From assembly GCA_008632985.1 (NCBI GenBank), contig QPGO01000175.1, forward strand, positions 62,001 to 126,000: DNA of 64,000 nt, written 5' to 3'. Every line of letters begins with the position of its first letter. The first letter of the stretch is position 1. The position numbers were made by a program, and so were the translations under genes. Shown here in pieces: positions 23,241 to 35,819 of the stretch. Under the pieces are notes generated by a model. The model worked only from the letters and a program-made list of their open reading frames with translations, searched no databases and had not been told where the DNA came from. This DNA is from Psammoneis japonica. Taxonomy: Eukaryota.

Positions 23241-24899
23241 AACGTGCGGAAATGTGAAGTGATCAGTCACTTTGCTGGCATATATCGTGGGAAAGAATGC
23301 CGACAGATGCGACGTTGGCACGCCGACACCAATGACTTTTGGTGGAAGGCACACTCGCTGCATGCAGTGGGTGTTTAGCCTTCATCCAAATGCAAAAAGT
23401 CCTTTTTGTGCATTGCATTCAGCCAATTCGATGAAATGGTGCCAAAATGACGCACGACAAACAAAGGCACGTATGTTATGGCACGCAATAGCCACGGAAC
23501 GCCTCGTATCTCGTTGCGCTAAATCATTCTATCTAAGTTAAGGTACACTTCTAAAAAATGGACATGTTTCTCTCACTCTACTAGAGAGTATTTTAAACTA
23601 TGCGAGGGGATAGCTAGGCCCGACTGTAGAGTTGATTGCTGCATACCGCGTTTACCACCCACCCACCCGTCAACATCATTGCTTGAATGATTTTTTGGAT
23701 GCTTGTTTTGATTCATGATCTTTTTTACCAAGATAGATCGAGAGTTTTTTCTTTGTTCGGCAGGTGTCAGTACGAATTCACGAGCCGGCAGAAACACCAC
23801 AACAAAAACAATAGCACGACTCTCTCCTTTTTATTGGCAGGATCCAGTGCGCATAAGCGAGCCGGACACATACCAAACAAGTCAAGAGTGCTAACACAAA
23901 TCCAATGTGAATCCATACGTCGTATAATGAGTCAAAAACATCTACAGAAAAAGAGTGTCGTCAGATAGATGATCATTCGCAACCCTTGATCGTGGTGTCA
24001 GTCTCGCATCTGCTTGACTCATTCGCAGATGAGCCACTTACCATCAATAGACAATACAGGCACGCAAGAAATTGTCAATGTTATTGTTGGTATGATTTTT
24101 GGGGAGCTTCTTTTGATTCAAAAGGGACTGTAGGGCACACCGCAGCGCCATTATGGTACGATGAAGAAATCCGATTGCAGCAGAATGGGGCAGATGTAGT
24201 CAGGAAACTATCAGCTATCATTTGTCCTTGGGGTGCTACCTGGCTCAGAAACCTCTGTATATGAGTGATAAAGACGACCATACCAAAGAAAATGAGTGAC
24301 ATAATACATAATGAAACAAAAGCGCAATACTGTACGATTCGATCGCGACAGACAGAGAGAAAATGAGTATCGAATCGTGGTGCAATTACAAAATCCATGT
24401 TTTCATCTTACAATTGGCTGATTACCTTCAAACAAGCAACATAAGTTGATTCTATATGATAGTAAAGACTAGTAAATAGCGTTGATATTGTTGAAAGGAT
24501 TGGCAACAGTCTATTAAACGCCGCTCCGATTCTCATGGTGGGTGTTGTTTGAGGAAATTTGTGCAGACGTGACTGAATGAGTCCCGTCTGACTTCGCGTG
24601 ATGGCCTTGGGGTTTTCATGCGGCTCAGTACCTTTTTCGCGCGAATTTTCGCGTGATTTTACACTCCCCATCGTTCGTGAATCACTTGGTACACATTGGC
24701 ACGCCTTGGCACGCTTGTCCACGAACCACTAAGTACTAAAATACACCCTGGCTACGCAGTGTCCCGTTTGTCCACAGGTGTCCAAAAAAATTCAAAGCAA
24801 AACGATGGAGAGTATAGCTCGAGGACCGAACCGGACCTCGCCTACTAGTAGGGCCCTACCTACCGGCGTACGGTACCGTACCGTACAAGTACCTACCCG

Positions 24900-25210
24900 C
24901 ACGACGACGACCCCTCCAGTTGCTGTTGCTGCGGAGCTTATTGTTGTTGCTGTTTCTTTCTCTCTACTCTAGAGATCGGTACTCTACCCGACAAAACTGC
25001 AAAGTGTGAGATGAAAGGAATACATTAGACGTGCATTTTGGTTGAAGCCTCGAGATGGATCATCGCTCAATCAAACAGCCAAGGTCAGAGGCGGCCACGA
25101 CAGTTGGTGAGCAGGTATTTTCCAACTTCCAACGTGCTTGAATGTGCTTACACATCGCCTCACTTTCTCTTTCATCCTAAAAATATCTGTTGCTTCAGTC
25201 TATCGAACCG
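24900..25210 (+). repeat. ~300-bp direct repeat, copy A (copy B at ~26910-27275); looks like 5'UTR plus an intron
   Basis: Shared TAGAGAT(A)CGGTACTCTACCC...GATGGATCATCGCTCAATCAAAC...CAGTTGGT(G/A)AGCAGGTATTTTCCAACTTCCAACG...CGCCTCACTTTCTCTT. Confidence 0.85.
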
Positions 25211-25432
25211 GAAGAAAAGGGACCTAAGCCTACCAAGCCCACAATAACAAAAAAGAAGCAGAAAAAGTCGAAATAATCGGCAAAGAAAAACAAGAACAGC
25301 AACGAAGAGAAAACGTCCTTGTCTTCAAGAGTATCGTAAGTATCGAGAGGGAATATCACGCCTTGCCTAAAACTTTAATCTTGGTTGTGCTGATGCTTCA
25401 TCTCCTCTCTGCACCTTGTGTTGGTATTCAGC

Positions 25433-26830
25433 ATGGCAACAGCCGACGGGCAAGCAATGGCTCAGGTGCTGAGTACGTTTAATCGCATGGAACGGGTTCG
25501 TTTTGAACCTCTCATGACATCTGATTCTCCAATCCCTCACAAAATTCAACGCGCCGCAAATGCTCAACAACTTTTCTCGAAAGACACAACCCGCACGATA
25601 CATAATACAGCAAAACATCAATTTGAATCATGGCACCGCAATATTGCAGCAAGAGAGTCCCTTTGACGAGGTGGAAATCAGCAATGGAATATTTATGGAG
25701 TCAGGAACGGATAATGATGTCTTTGCAAACAAGTCTACTACTCTGCACCAGCATCTGAAAACAACGAGACTACATCCTTTTGGAGACACCGCAAGTTTCA
25801 CATCATCGCCGTCGTGGCGATTGTGATTGGAGGTTTCGTCATTCTAAGGGTAGTGCCAATCCCAATGCTCTCTTTGTTCCTATTGATCCACCCGGCAAGG
25901 AGAAAGCGGATCGTTGGGATGCCACGTTGGGATTGCGTTTGCGTGTCGTGAATGCATGCAGTGACGGCGAATGGACGGCTCTGTTTGATGCTTCCCTCAG
26001 TGATCGGAATTCAGATCCATCGCTGCAATTGACGCCGATTCGATCGACACATGATCCGGTTTGTCAACCGGAAATGAAACGACTCAAGGTTTTCAATGGC
26101 AATTATGGAAATACGGATTGGCAAGGACTCAATGCGATTTTGTTGAGACGAGAAGTGATTGTGTGAAGTACGGTACGACTCAATTATGATCAATCCATGG
26201 ATAGTGAGCGAAAGTATTATAATGTGAGTGTGATTAATTTGCTGAGCTTGCTTGGTTGCTTGTGTATCGTGGCTTTTTGGGTGTATATTTTGGTGCTTGT
26301 TTGGCGAAGTGTTGGTATTCTTTCGTCTCTCAAAACGTTCACCTCACCCGTCTACTCTTACTCGATAATCCATCAATTGTAATTTTGGTTTTAGGAGCCA
26401 CGAATAATTGGGTCAAGGATTTGGTTTGCCACATTCCGACGAAAATCATTTCAACTTTGACCGAGAGGATTTCATGGATTACACAACCCGGCCCCGTTCC
26501 ATCAAACTGCCGGGACAGCACAATTTTTATCTCCTCAAAAAGATCCATGGTTCGCCCGACGAGCCACTTGTGTTTGGTTCCGCTGCCGATGTGAGTGGTA
26601 CTACTTTGGAAACTTCCGTCCCAATCGAAATGGCAATACTCAATGAATGGACACCCTTGTGGACGAGTCCGTGAACAATAGCACCACCAGCACTATTGTA
26701 CAAGAATCATCCGAAGAAGAAGAGTCGGATGAAGAATCAAGTGACGAGGAGCCTGTTCCAATGGATAGTCAACAAGCGGCACTTGGACAATATCTCTGTG
26801 CAAGGAGGATCATTGTACCGCGTTTTTAGG
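25433..26830 (+). pseudogene. Disrupted zinc-metalloprotease-like gene (HExGHxxGLxH family)
   Basis: Several frameshifted ORFs. Contains KVFNGNYGNTDWQGLN and a broken zinc motif HE*LGQGFGLPHSDENHFNFDREDFMDYT (~26400-26490), resembling diatom CHEIGHGFGLPHTDE...CMDYT proteins. Confidence 0.65.
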
Positions 26831-26909
26831 ACGAGATTATCGAGTCGAATTCAACAAGTTACGATTCTAACTAACGCTCGCCTACTATAGTAGAGAGTAG
26901 AGAGCTCAA

Positions 26910-27275
26910 TCAACGACGACTCCCTCCAAGTTGAGTGCGAGTTGCTGTTGCTGGTAGTTGGAGCGGAGGTCGTTGCTACTCTTGCTGCGTTGCTTGGTTG
27001 TTGGTGCTGTTTCTGGCTAGAGATACGGTACTCTACCCTACAACAACTGTGAAGTGTGAGTTGAAAGGAACACAATAAACGAGTATTTTGTGTGAAGCCT
27101 CACGATGGATCATCGCTCAATCAAACGGCCATGGTCAGCCACGACAGTTGGTAAGCAGGTATTTTCCAACTTCCAACGTTGTTGAATGTTCTTCGTCAAA
27201 AGGAATGTCAAAGATCTGTACACGTCGCCTCACTTTCTCTTACATCCTTAATATCTGTCGCTTCAATCTATAGAA
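26910..27275 (+). repeat. ~300-bp direct repeat, copy B
   Basis: See copy A. No downstream ORF follows this copy. Confidence 0.85.
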
Positions 27276-27559
27276 TACCCCCCCGCTTCAACAGCTGTTT
27301 CGACGCCTCCTTCTGCTGTTCCTCACGTCGCTAAACTCTGTAATTTCTTACTTATTAGAAAACTATGAACTACCAGATAAGTAACTAACAGTGTTTAGGT
27401 ATAGCCGAATGGGGAACACCATAATGAAATGCTATACGATTCTCACTGTCTCCGGTACCTACAGCACGTAGCTTTCTCTACCGGTAGAGAGTATTGTTCT
27501 TCTAAGTAATCGCGTGACTAGGACATTATACTTTGTCACATACCCCTCGCGTCCACTTC

Positions 27560-30500
27560 CTATTGTGCTTCTCCTACGATCACATCATCTTCTTCTTCGA
27601 TTAATTGTGCTCTCATTGCGTCGTCAAAGAATTTGCTGACGGAAACATCTTCTGACAGCCCCTTGCGTCTCCGTGTCTTTATTAATAGCTCTCGAGCCAG
27701 GCAATGAGGAGGGCTGGGTTCCAACGGGTGCAACATGATATTACGATCCAAAGGATCGCCCGGAACAACTGCCCAGTGGTCAAAAACAGAATACACCATG
27801 GCCTGTCCCTGTGTAAAGGTTCGAAGATCAGTCTCTAGTCCAAAGCTATCAAGGACGGGAATGAAGCCTTTGACGACATGAAGTGTCGATCCCGACATTG
27901 GTTTGTCTTGCACGACGTGTCCTCTTCGTTTGGTTAGGAGTGGCTGGATAGCGTCCACGATTTCACCGGGGCATTGGATTTGCAATCTGTATACGGGCTC
28001 CATGAGTCGCGGAGTTGCAGTAAGAAGTGACGAATGAACGGTGCGCCTTGAGGTCGGGATCATCTGACCACCGCCACGATGAATAGGTTTATCTGCCAGG
28101 ACTGCGTCTAGAATCTTGATTTTGGTACCTCGGACTGGTTCTTCACACAAGGGACCTTCCCGTGTGCCCACTGGAAGCCTTGAACAATGCTGGAACGACA
28201 CGAGCTCAGCAATGTCTTGTCTACCTCACTCGGCAGCGTATCGTCCATCAGAATGTTGGTACCGTGAGTGGGCGACGCGCCAAAGGCCCATACGGAACGA
28301 GAAGAAAGCAAATCCCAATCGTACTGCTTTTGAAAGAATCGCCCGAGCTGAAAGAAAAGACCACACACAAGTGTGAGCTGAGCCACATAGACATATCTAA
28401 CGAAGAGTGCAAGGATCCTACCTTTCTGTTTTCCCAATTCAAATTCACTTTTCCCGCCTCGATTTTTTCAGCAAGGCCGTCGTCAAGAGGCTCCGCAATA
28501 AAGGTGAGCTTATTTCGCTTGTTTGCAGTCTGAAGAACACAAAATGGCGAGTTTGAGAACTACTGAAATAGGAACACGTGGCCATGACATCGAGACAAGA
28601 TTCGTCAAAATTACCTCGGAGAAACACTTGACACTACTCGTTTCCACCACAGTTTCGCAGAATCCAACGACAGGGTCGGCGACTTTGACTTCAATATCCG
28701 AGTACACATGGCGAAGATCGTGCATGACACAGTCGAGATAAAGCTCACCCGTACCGAACAATACGTGCTCTCCGCTTTCTTCCACTCGCGTTCGTGCCAT
28801 TGGGTAAGCCTTTGAAATGCGGCGAAGGCCCTCCACCATCTTTGGCAACTCGGCAGGGTTAAGGGGCTCCACAGCCAGCTTCATGACAGATTCCATACCA
28901 GCCTGCATATTAAGAGTAAACAAAGCAGTCAGCAAGATACATGTAACGAATCAGACGCCCAAAGAAGCGAAGGTGTATGCGTACCTGCTGAAACTTGAGC
29001 GGGTTAAAGATCTCAACTTCATCCAGGCTATCATTCGACGTTGCAGGGTTGTCGTTAACACTTGTAATGGTAGCCGTCTTGGAAATGTTGGAATCAATAC
29101 CATCAAGCAAGACCCAGTTACCAGCCTTCGCCATGGTCACTTCGGTTCGACAGCGACCTCGAGGAATGGCGACAGAAGTCACAGTCGCCACAGCCATGTC
29201 TTCGTCATCATCCGGAGAGTACGCTTCACCCAGCACACGCACTCTTGTCCCTGGTCGGATGGTCCCTGAATATATTCTGCCAAAGGCTGAAAATGACTGT
29301 CCATCTGGAGCCGAGTATAGCTTGACGCAGTGAAACATGAGAGGTCCACGAGGATCGCAGTCCTTCATAGCCGATGCCACGTCCGAATCGAGAGGGCCAG
29401 AGTAGCACCTAGCCACTTTGCCCTTTGCAGCAACGGAAGGGCAGGGACTAAAAAAGGAAAGGCATAATACGTGAGAAAATAGGGCAAACATGTATAACGT
29501 GCAAGTTCAGATGCATCCTCGATTTGGATTCCCTCAGAAAAGCAAGTGTCCACAGTCATTGGTCGAAAGCCAATGATATGTCGGAGACTCTAGTCCGCTT
29601 AATATTGTCTTCAAAGGAGATAGAAAGATCGGAACGAGTCTTTCTGTACTTACATGTGTTTTGCCAACATGTCAACGAAACCTCCACTGGCGCTGCCAAA
29701 GAACCTCGAAAGGGCAGCTCTCAAGAGTGGACGGGCACTGGCACGCAACTGATCCTTGCTGAGCAACACCCCAACACTTCGCAAGAGCTTGGATACGTCT
29801 CGCTCTGATTCGCCCAAACAGGCTGAATAAATCTTGTAGAGTGGCTCCAAGACAAAGGTACAAAAGGTCCTCCCTGCACCACCAGCATCCCGGGCGTGCC
29901 TATGAAAGGTTCTCGTCTCTGTGTTGTAAAAGGCGTCTCCCCACAATCGCTTGGAGAAGTCATCTGCTGACAAATTGTCTCCCAGTCCACCAATCTCATC
30001 ATCTACACAATGGTCTAGATACAAGTTTGCAAAGCTGCCAAGAGTAAAGCACCATCCGTGCAAGGCGGACGCAAACGCGACATTGCCTCTGTCGGGACTG
30101 AGCTTTGGATATCGTCCTCTTGAGACCTGTCCAATCAACTCATTGACAGACTCAATAATGTTGAGAAGCTTGTAATACGCGTCTCGGGGTGGTAATTTGA
30201 GCTCGGCAATCAATCGATCCATCTTGTTAATCAAGAGCACAATGGGCAATCCGTCCGAGATGGCTTGACGAACCACCATTTCGGTATGCATCATGATCCC
30301 CTCCACAGCATCCACAACAAGTACAGCTCCATCCACCGCCCGAAGCGATGCTACAGATTCGTCGTGAAAATTGGCATGACCAGGACAGTCCACCAAAGTG
30401 ACACAATAACTCTTGCCCCGCGAATCCGGCAAAATGGTCGTCAGCGGACAACTCACTAGACTCATGCGCCGGTCTTGTTCCGACTGAAGCGTATCGGTCC

Positions 30501-31101
30501 ACTTGGGTGCTGCACTCGTTTCCAGAGACGCCCGGGGTCCCCACGCATCTGGCTTGCGACAGGTTTGTTCCAACCACATGTCGACCAGTGACGTTTTCCC
30601 GCACGCATAGTGCCCAACCAAGGCCACTCCCCGACGTGTGCGAGTCGTTTCATTCGACACCATGGCCGTCAAGTAGTCATCCGAAAAGACCAAATCATCC
30701 ATATCGAGAGACGCCGCAGTAGCACCACCACCAGCAACGGCGTTTGTCTTTGTCTGAAGAGGCTCCACCAAGGGCACGTCGAGATCCATGGCGTCTTCAT
30801 CTAAAACAGCCGTCCGTACTTCTTCACCATACACCTCATTGGCAGATGGATAATGCTCCTTGTCTTCGTGCAAAACAATGGCACCCATAGGTTCTGCTTC
30901 TGCTTCTTCTTCTTGATGATCCGAGGCGATCACCATGGCACCACCGCCACCACCTTCTTCAGAGACGTCGGATGCATCGTCGGGAGCTTGCGGATGCTCA
31001 TCATCTTCCTCCGAAGAAGAAGAGGAGGAGGAATCATCGTCTAGATCAGGGCCAATGTAATTTCCAAATTCGTCGTACAGTTCTTGCTCTTCGTCAGACA
31101 T
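27560..31101 (-). CDS. EFTUD2: U5 snRNP GTPase Snu114/EFTUD2, multi-exon (apparent 1-nt deletion near 28165)
   Basis: [76 protein letters not shown] and [18 protein letters not shown]. Confidence 0.97.
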
Positions 31102-31450
31102 GGTCGTAAAGGTAGTGTAAGTCTTAACGTAGGGTTACTGTACCGGTATGCACAACAACGCGCTGCCGTCGGATCGATGGCCATGGTGCTGGTGAGCGGA
31201 GCGAGAGCGAAGATCTGGCGTGACGGATGGATGGACGTACGTCGGTCGTCAATTCAAAGGCTCAGAACCCGTTGTCACACAACTCGCGAGTCGCGAGCGA
31301 TGATGTGAGCGAGATCGTCGCGACGATGAACATCACACATCATCTATCTTCACACAACGTCCGACGGGAGTGGTTTATCACACTGTTTCCTCCTCCATCA
31401 TCGAAGCCAGCCCCTGCTAGATCCTTTTATCGCATTCATATAAAGTAGTA

Positions 31451-31995
31451 ATGTCCCGGTGGTGCATATTGGCTCTTGCCCTCTTCCCTCATTCATCAAC
31501 TGGTTTCTCCGCCAATCCGCCGCCCAAGCTGTTTGATGGCGGTGCAGGTGTAGGGCGTTTGGTGTTGGACGACGTCGAAGCGGGTGCCATTCAATGCCAT
31601 TACGATATGGTTCTCTGTGAACGAATCCAAGGAAAGCCAAAGACGGAGAGTGGATTGTTTGTTCCGGACGAAGACCTGCCCAAGTTGCATTTGTGTAAAG
31701 GTATGTTATGTTGTGTTTGCGATAATTGCTTTACGTGTCTCAATTCAACTTTTGATTCAACCTATTCTTTGATTCCCTCGTAGTTCTGTCCATGGGACCA
31801 GGAAGAGAAGAAGAGAACGGCATGATCGCCCCCATGCCTGACATATCTGTTGGAGATGTCGTGATTGCCAAGAACCCATGGGGTATTGGCCCAAAGGATG
31901 AGGAAACATCTGACGGAAGGAAGCTCAGTTACATGAGAGCGCAAGATATTACCGCAGTGGTGGAAGGCGGCTTGGTTCCCGAAGACGAAGAGTAG
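31451..31995 (+). CDS. Plastid-targeted chaperonin 10 (GroES-like), intron 31701-31783
   Basis: Signal peptide ending STG-F. KTESGLFVP mobile loop, spliced CKVLSMGPG, then ISVGDVVI...YMRAQDITAVV. Confidence 0.85.
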
Positions 31996-32950
31996 CAAGC
32001 GCCTTTAAGCAATAAATAAATAATTCTGCTTTCCTTGTCTAAGCTTTCGACAGACACGTTGCCTCCACCAGAAAGCAAACATAATATGGCCTTACCTGCG
32101 ACAATGGTAAGCAGAAGAGCGTGAGTGCTGGTTGACCAGCATGTTGCGTCAAAACGAGCATAGCAGAGCGAGCAGCCGCCACCGATACACATGCCCGTTA
32201 TTGGAAACCAGGGCGTCAATCCTCAGACTTTGGTCTACACAACAACGTCGTTCATTCATCGTCCGCGACAACCTTACCTATATCGTCCCGAACTTTATCT
32301 ATGTTTTCTCGCGAAAACTCAAGCTTCTAGGTACCCTTTCATACTAGAACTAGACTACCGTACTTGATTGAGCTTCAAAGGGTGAAATCGTAGCCTCGCA
32401 GATAAGGTGCGGTCATGCGCGTGATGGAATCCTTGAAACTATACTATTGATGCAGTAATGTCTCTTTTCGCGTTCGATCACACTTGGAACCTCTCGTAGC
32501 AACCACTATTCCTAGATCTTCTATTTGTTATACGCCTTTTTTCTGCATTTTACTTGTACAATTCAGCATTCCCCATCATGTATTCAACCACTGGTAGCTA
32601 ATATAGATCAATCCTCCTACTTGAATTCCCAATGGATTCCTTCATGCAGGGCAGTTTCGTCGGTGCATGAACGTCCGCGGCAACTCCTAGGGACACGTAA
32701 TAGGAGATGTCTATTCTGCGAAGTGGAGACTTCAGATTATCCAAGCTCTCAGGGGGGCTACTTTGATAATGTCGTTGTCGAGCTTCTTGGGCTTGATCCT
32801 ATTTGTGCGACTCAAACTTTCATACGAGGTCACTATATTTATTAGCCTAGTGTTTCTTTGATGTATCTAAAAGAGAATAGAGTTTGTATAATATGTAGCA
32901 ACCCATAAACCGTCCAACAGAATTAGTAACCACCGAAGCAGCTCCAAAGG

Positions 32951-33701
32951 TTAGCAGCCACGCCCAAGTTCCTCACACATGGCTTCACGAAGCTCTTCCT
33001 TAGACTTCTTCATACCCTGCTGCTTTTCCTTTTCTTTCTGAAGAGACGCGCCAATACCCATGGGTCTTGCCATTTCTTTTTGTAGTTCAGCTTTGCGCGC
33101 CAATCTAGCCTTCATTGCGTCTTCCTGTTGGACGAACGAACCGCAACACGAAACATGTAAGTATAGAAGGGTACAAAAAGTTAAATGCTGGCCTGTTGGG
33201 ATAGAATGACACTCCATTGTAGTAAAGGCACTCAGCATCAGGACATCGAAATAGCACGAGCCTTTTCAGGCTCGCTTCAAGTTTTCTTCCCCTTGCTTCC
33301 ACAACGTGAAAGGCAGAACCAAATGGATATGGCGAAGAAATCTACACAGTTCTGCAAGAGTCGAGTTTTCAAGGGGGCGCTACGAGATGCCTTGTGCAAT
33401 CACGTGGCAGGATTGTTTCAACCAAGTTTCAACCTACCTCGCTCGCCTTCTGCTCTTCTTCGGTTGGCATGGACAAATCTTCAAATTTCGATTCATCCGC
33501 AAAAACAGGGCTGGCTTTGGAGATAAAAGCGGCTGTAACACCACCTGTAACGAGGAACCTTTCAAGAAATGCTCGTCGATCACTGCCTGCAGCTGCCTCT
33601 AGGGAAACGTTGCTATGCTGTGTCCTCTTGGTGTTAACCGCTGGTACAAAGGCGAAAGATCCACCACAAAAGAGAAGAAGTATGGCATTGCGGAAATGCA
33701 T
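32951..33701 (-). CDS. Small plastid (probably thylakoid-lumen, Tat) protein, spliced
   Basis: Signal peptide SFA-FVP, twin-Arg DRRAFL, hydrophobic stretch and VFA-D cleavage. Second exon EDAMKARLARK...CEELGRGC. Confidence 0.7.
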
Positions 33702-34314
33702 CGTGGATTAGAATCAGAGGTTGGAATGCTTCGACAGAGAATAAGAAAAGAAGGTGCTAGTGTGCCGACAATCAACCGGAGTCCAAGAGAGGTATCACGA
33801 AAGGCAAGTCGACCCTTGATGCGATGGACGAGAAACAAGTGTCGCCATTCCATTCGCCATCGCGGATCGCGGCGAAAATCACCCACGACGATGGGCAGAC
33901 ACACTGACGTACGACCGGTTCTGAGCTTATTTCTTGGCAATCATGGCATCCACTGCACTGTATACTCTCTACCGGTAGCTTTTGAGAGAGTAGCGAGTAG
34001 CTACTGCTAGAGTATAGTAGAGTGGGGTAAAGCATGCTCAGGGCTAGCTAGCGCTGGGACTAGCGGGTTGGGCGTTACAAACAGCAACTATCTGCTACGA
34101 CACTTTCGAGTTCGAGAGATAACGTTTCTCTCTCCTGCCCAATGTGGAAGTGGAGGTTTTGCGTCCGAGCTTGCAAGGATGGGTATCTGGGGATCTGTCG
34201 ACATTATAATGCAACTACATATCGCCACAAACTTCGTTCAGACAGTCACTGTTAATAATATTGGTCTATGCATCACAAAATGTTCCGCGTTTAACTTCTG
34301 CTATTCTACTCAAC

Positions 34315-35397
34315 TCAGGTGCTTCGCGCACTTCGCCGTATCTTTGCCAACTCGTAAATTTGCGATTTGACAAGATTCATTCGAACCATGACGTCCATCA
34401 TGCCTTGTTTTCGAGTCATGGTAACATGGTGGTTTTCATCCCCACTGTTGGTTGCCATTGGCGGCTGGTTGTGCTGGAAATACATGTATTTGTGCTGGAG
34501 CTTTGCCAAATACGTATCCAACAAGGACGCCACTGCTTCAATTGCTTCGTCGCGATGCTTGGAACAATACAAAAGCTGATCCGTCGAAGGAATCCAATCA
34601 ATAAGCTGTTCCAAAGGGTGTCGCATCATTGGAAAAGAAATCATGACGAAGCGTGAGTCTCGTGACCAAGCAATGAGACGTTGCAAAACGGAAGGATCAG
34701 CCTCCAGTAAGAATAGCTGAAATAGATCTTGCGTAAGAAAGCCACGCATATAACCTCCTTCCTCTAGTGCCTTCATGATACCATCAATCCAACGCTTCAT
34801 GTGGAGCTTGCGAATCTTGAGTACGCAGTCAATCACGGCTCGGGGGTGTAGAAACGCTGGTTCTCGAGGATTCGTCGAACTCCTCCCAAGTATTTCTTCG
34901 TCGAGGGGAAGCACAGCAAGAGTTACGTTGAGCAACGCTGGGTCGCACTTCTGTATGTATTCCCAGAAACGTTCAAGCAGAATCGGATCGGCCGTTTTGA
35001 GAAACGTTTTAAGGGAGCCCTTGATTATGGTTTCGGGATCAAATGAGGAAGAGTTTGGCGTTTCCAATGAGTGAATAAAGTGCCGCGGAAATGTATTGCT
35101 CCTCGGTTGCGGGGGAAGAGTGCCTTGGTTTGCATTTCGTTTCAGCATGGGAGGTGGGGGCAATATCTCCGTTTCTCCTAGTTTGGGATCATGCTTGAAC
35201 TTGTCGGGCGTCACTTTGGATGGAGTGGGCTTTTGCGTACTTGAAACATCTACAGAAGAGGACGACGATGACGACGGGTTGGTGCCGTCCTCAAGAGACG
35301 GTTGTTTTCCTCCCATTGTCTTCTTGTTACCATGACGAGATGGATGAGATGTGCTTTTTCTTGATTTTGTGCGCTCGATGTGAGCCCTGCGAACCAA
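34315..35397 (-). CDS. Hypothetical protein
   Basis: 360-aa ORF with normal coding composition, a low-complexity N-terminus and a helical C-terminal domain. No family recognised. Confidence 0.55.
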   Translation of the reverse strand: MVRRAHIERTKSRKSTSHPSRHGNKKTMGGKQPSLEDGTNPSSSSSSSVDVSSTQKPTPSKVTPDKFKHDPKLGETEILPPPPMLKRNANQGTLPPQPRSNTFPRHFIHSLETPNSSSFDPETIIKGSLKTFLKTADPILLERFWEYIQKCDPALLNVTLAVLPLDEEILGRSSTNPREPAFLHPRAVIDCVLKIRKLHMKRWIDGIMKALEEGGYMRGFLTQDLFQLFLLEADPSVLQRLIAWSRDSRFVMISFPMMRHPLEQLIDWIPSTDQLLYCSKHRDEAIEAVASLLDTYLAKLQHKYMYFQHNQPPMATNSGDENHHVTMTRKQGMMDVMVRMNLVKSQIYELAKIRRSARST

Positions 35398-35819
35398 TCG
35401 TGAATGAATTCACATTGAAGGCGTTTCGAATTTTCTCGCACATCCAAGAGGATCATTTATTGGTAAACTTTTTTCTTAACGAGCTCAAGCGTGTCGCCGT
35501 CTGGACTTAGATCACGAAACGTCGCAGCTACATAGGAGACAGAAACTCCGATTCCTCCGTCGCGAATTTGTGGTCGCGACTTTTCTCAGTCGGGGATTGT
35601 GACGTCGAAATTATCGAAATTGAGTCCTGGAAAAAACGTCATCGTCTCTTGCGCGATCACACGTACAAAGGACAGATATGTAGGTCTGACCGCCAACAGC
35701 TCCGGCGCTGTCGTCCAACAAAGTGCATCACGCGTTGTGTGTCGCACAACGACGGCAACATACCGCTACCTTTCTTTCCATTGGCGCTGTTTCAATCGAT
35801 AGCTCCATCTTCGAGAAAC

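Noticed and set aside
24081..24398. Possible adenylate/guanylate cyclase remnant (QRFLS...MIADSFLTTS) on the minus strand
   Set aside because: The resemblance is too short and weak to support without a search.
24900..27275. LTR retrotransposon interpretation of the 300-bp direct repeats
   Set aside because: No TG...CA ends, PBS/PPT or gag-pol. The repeat contains an intron-like segment and the interior is protease-like.
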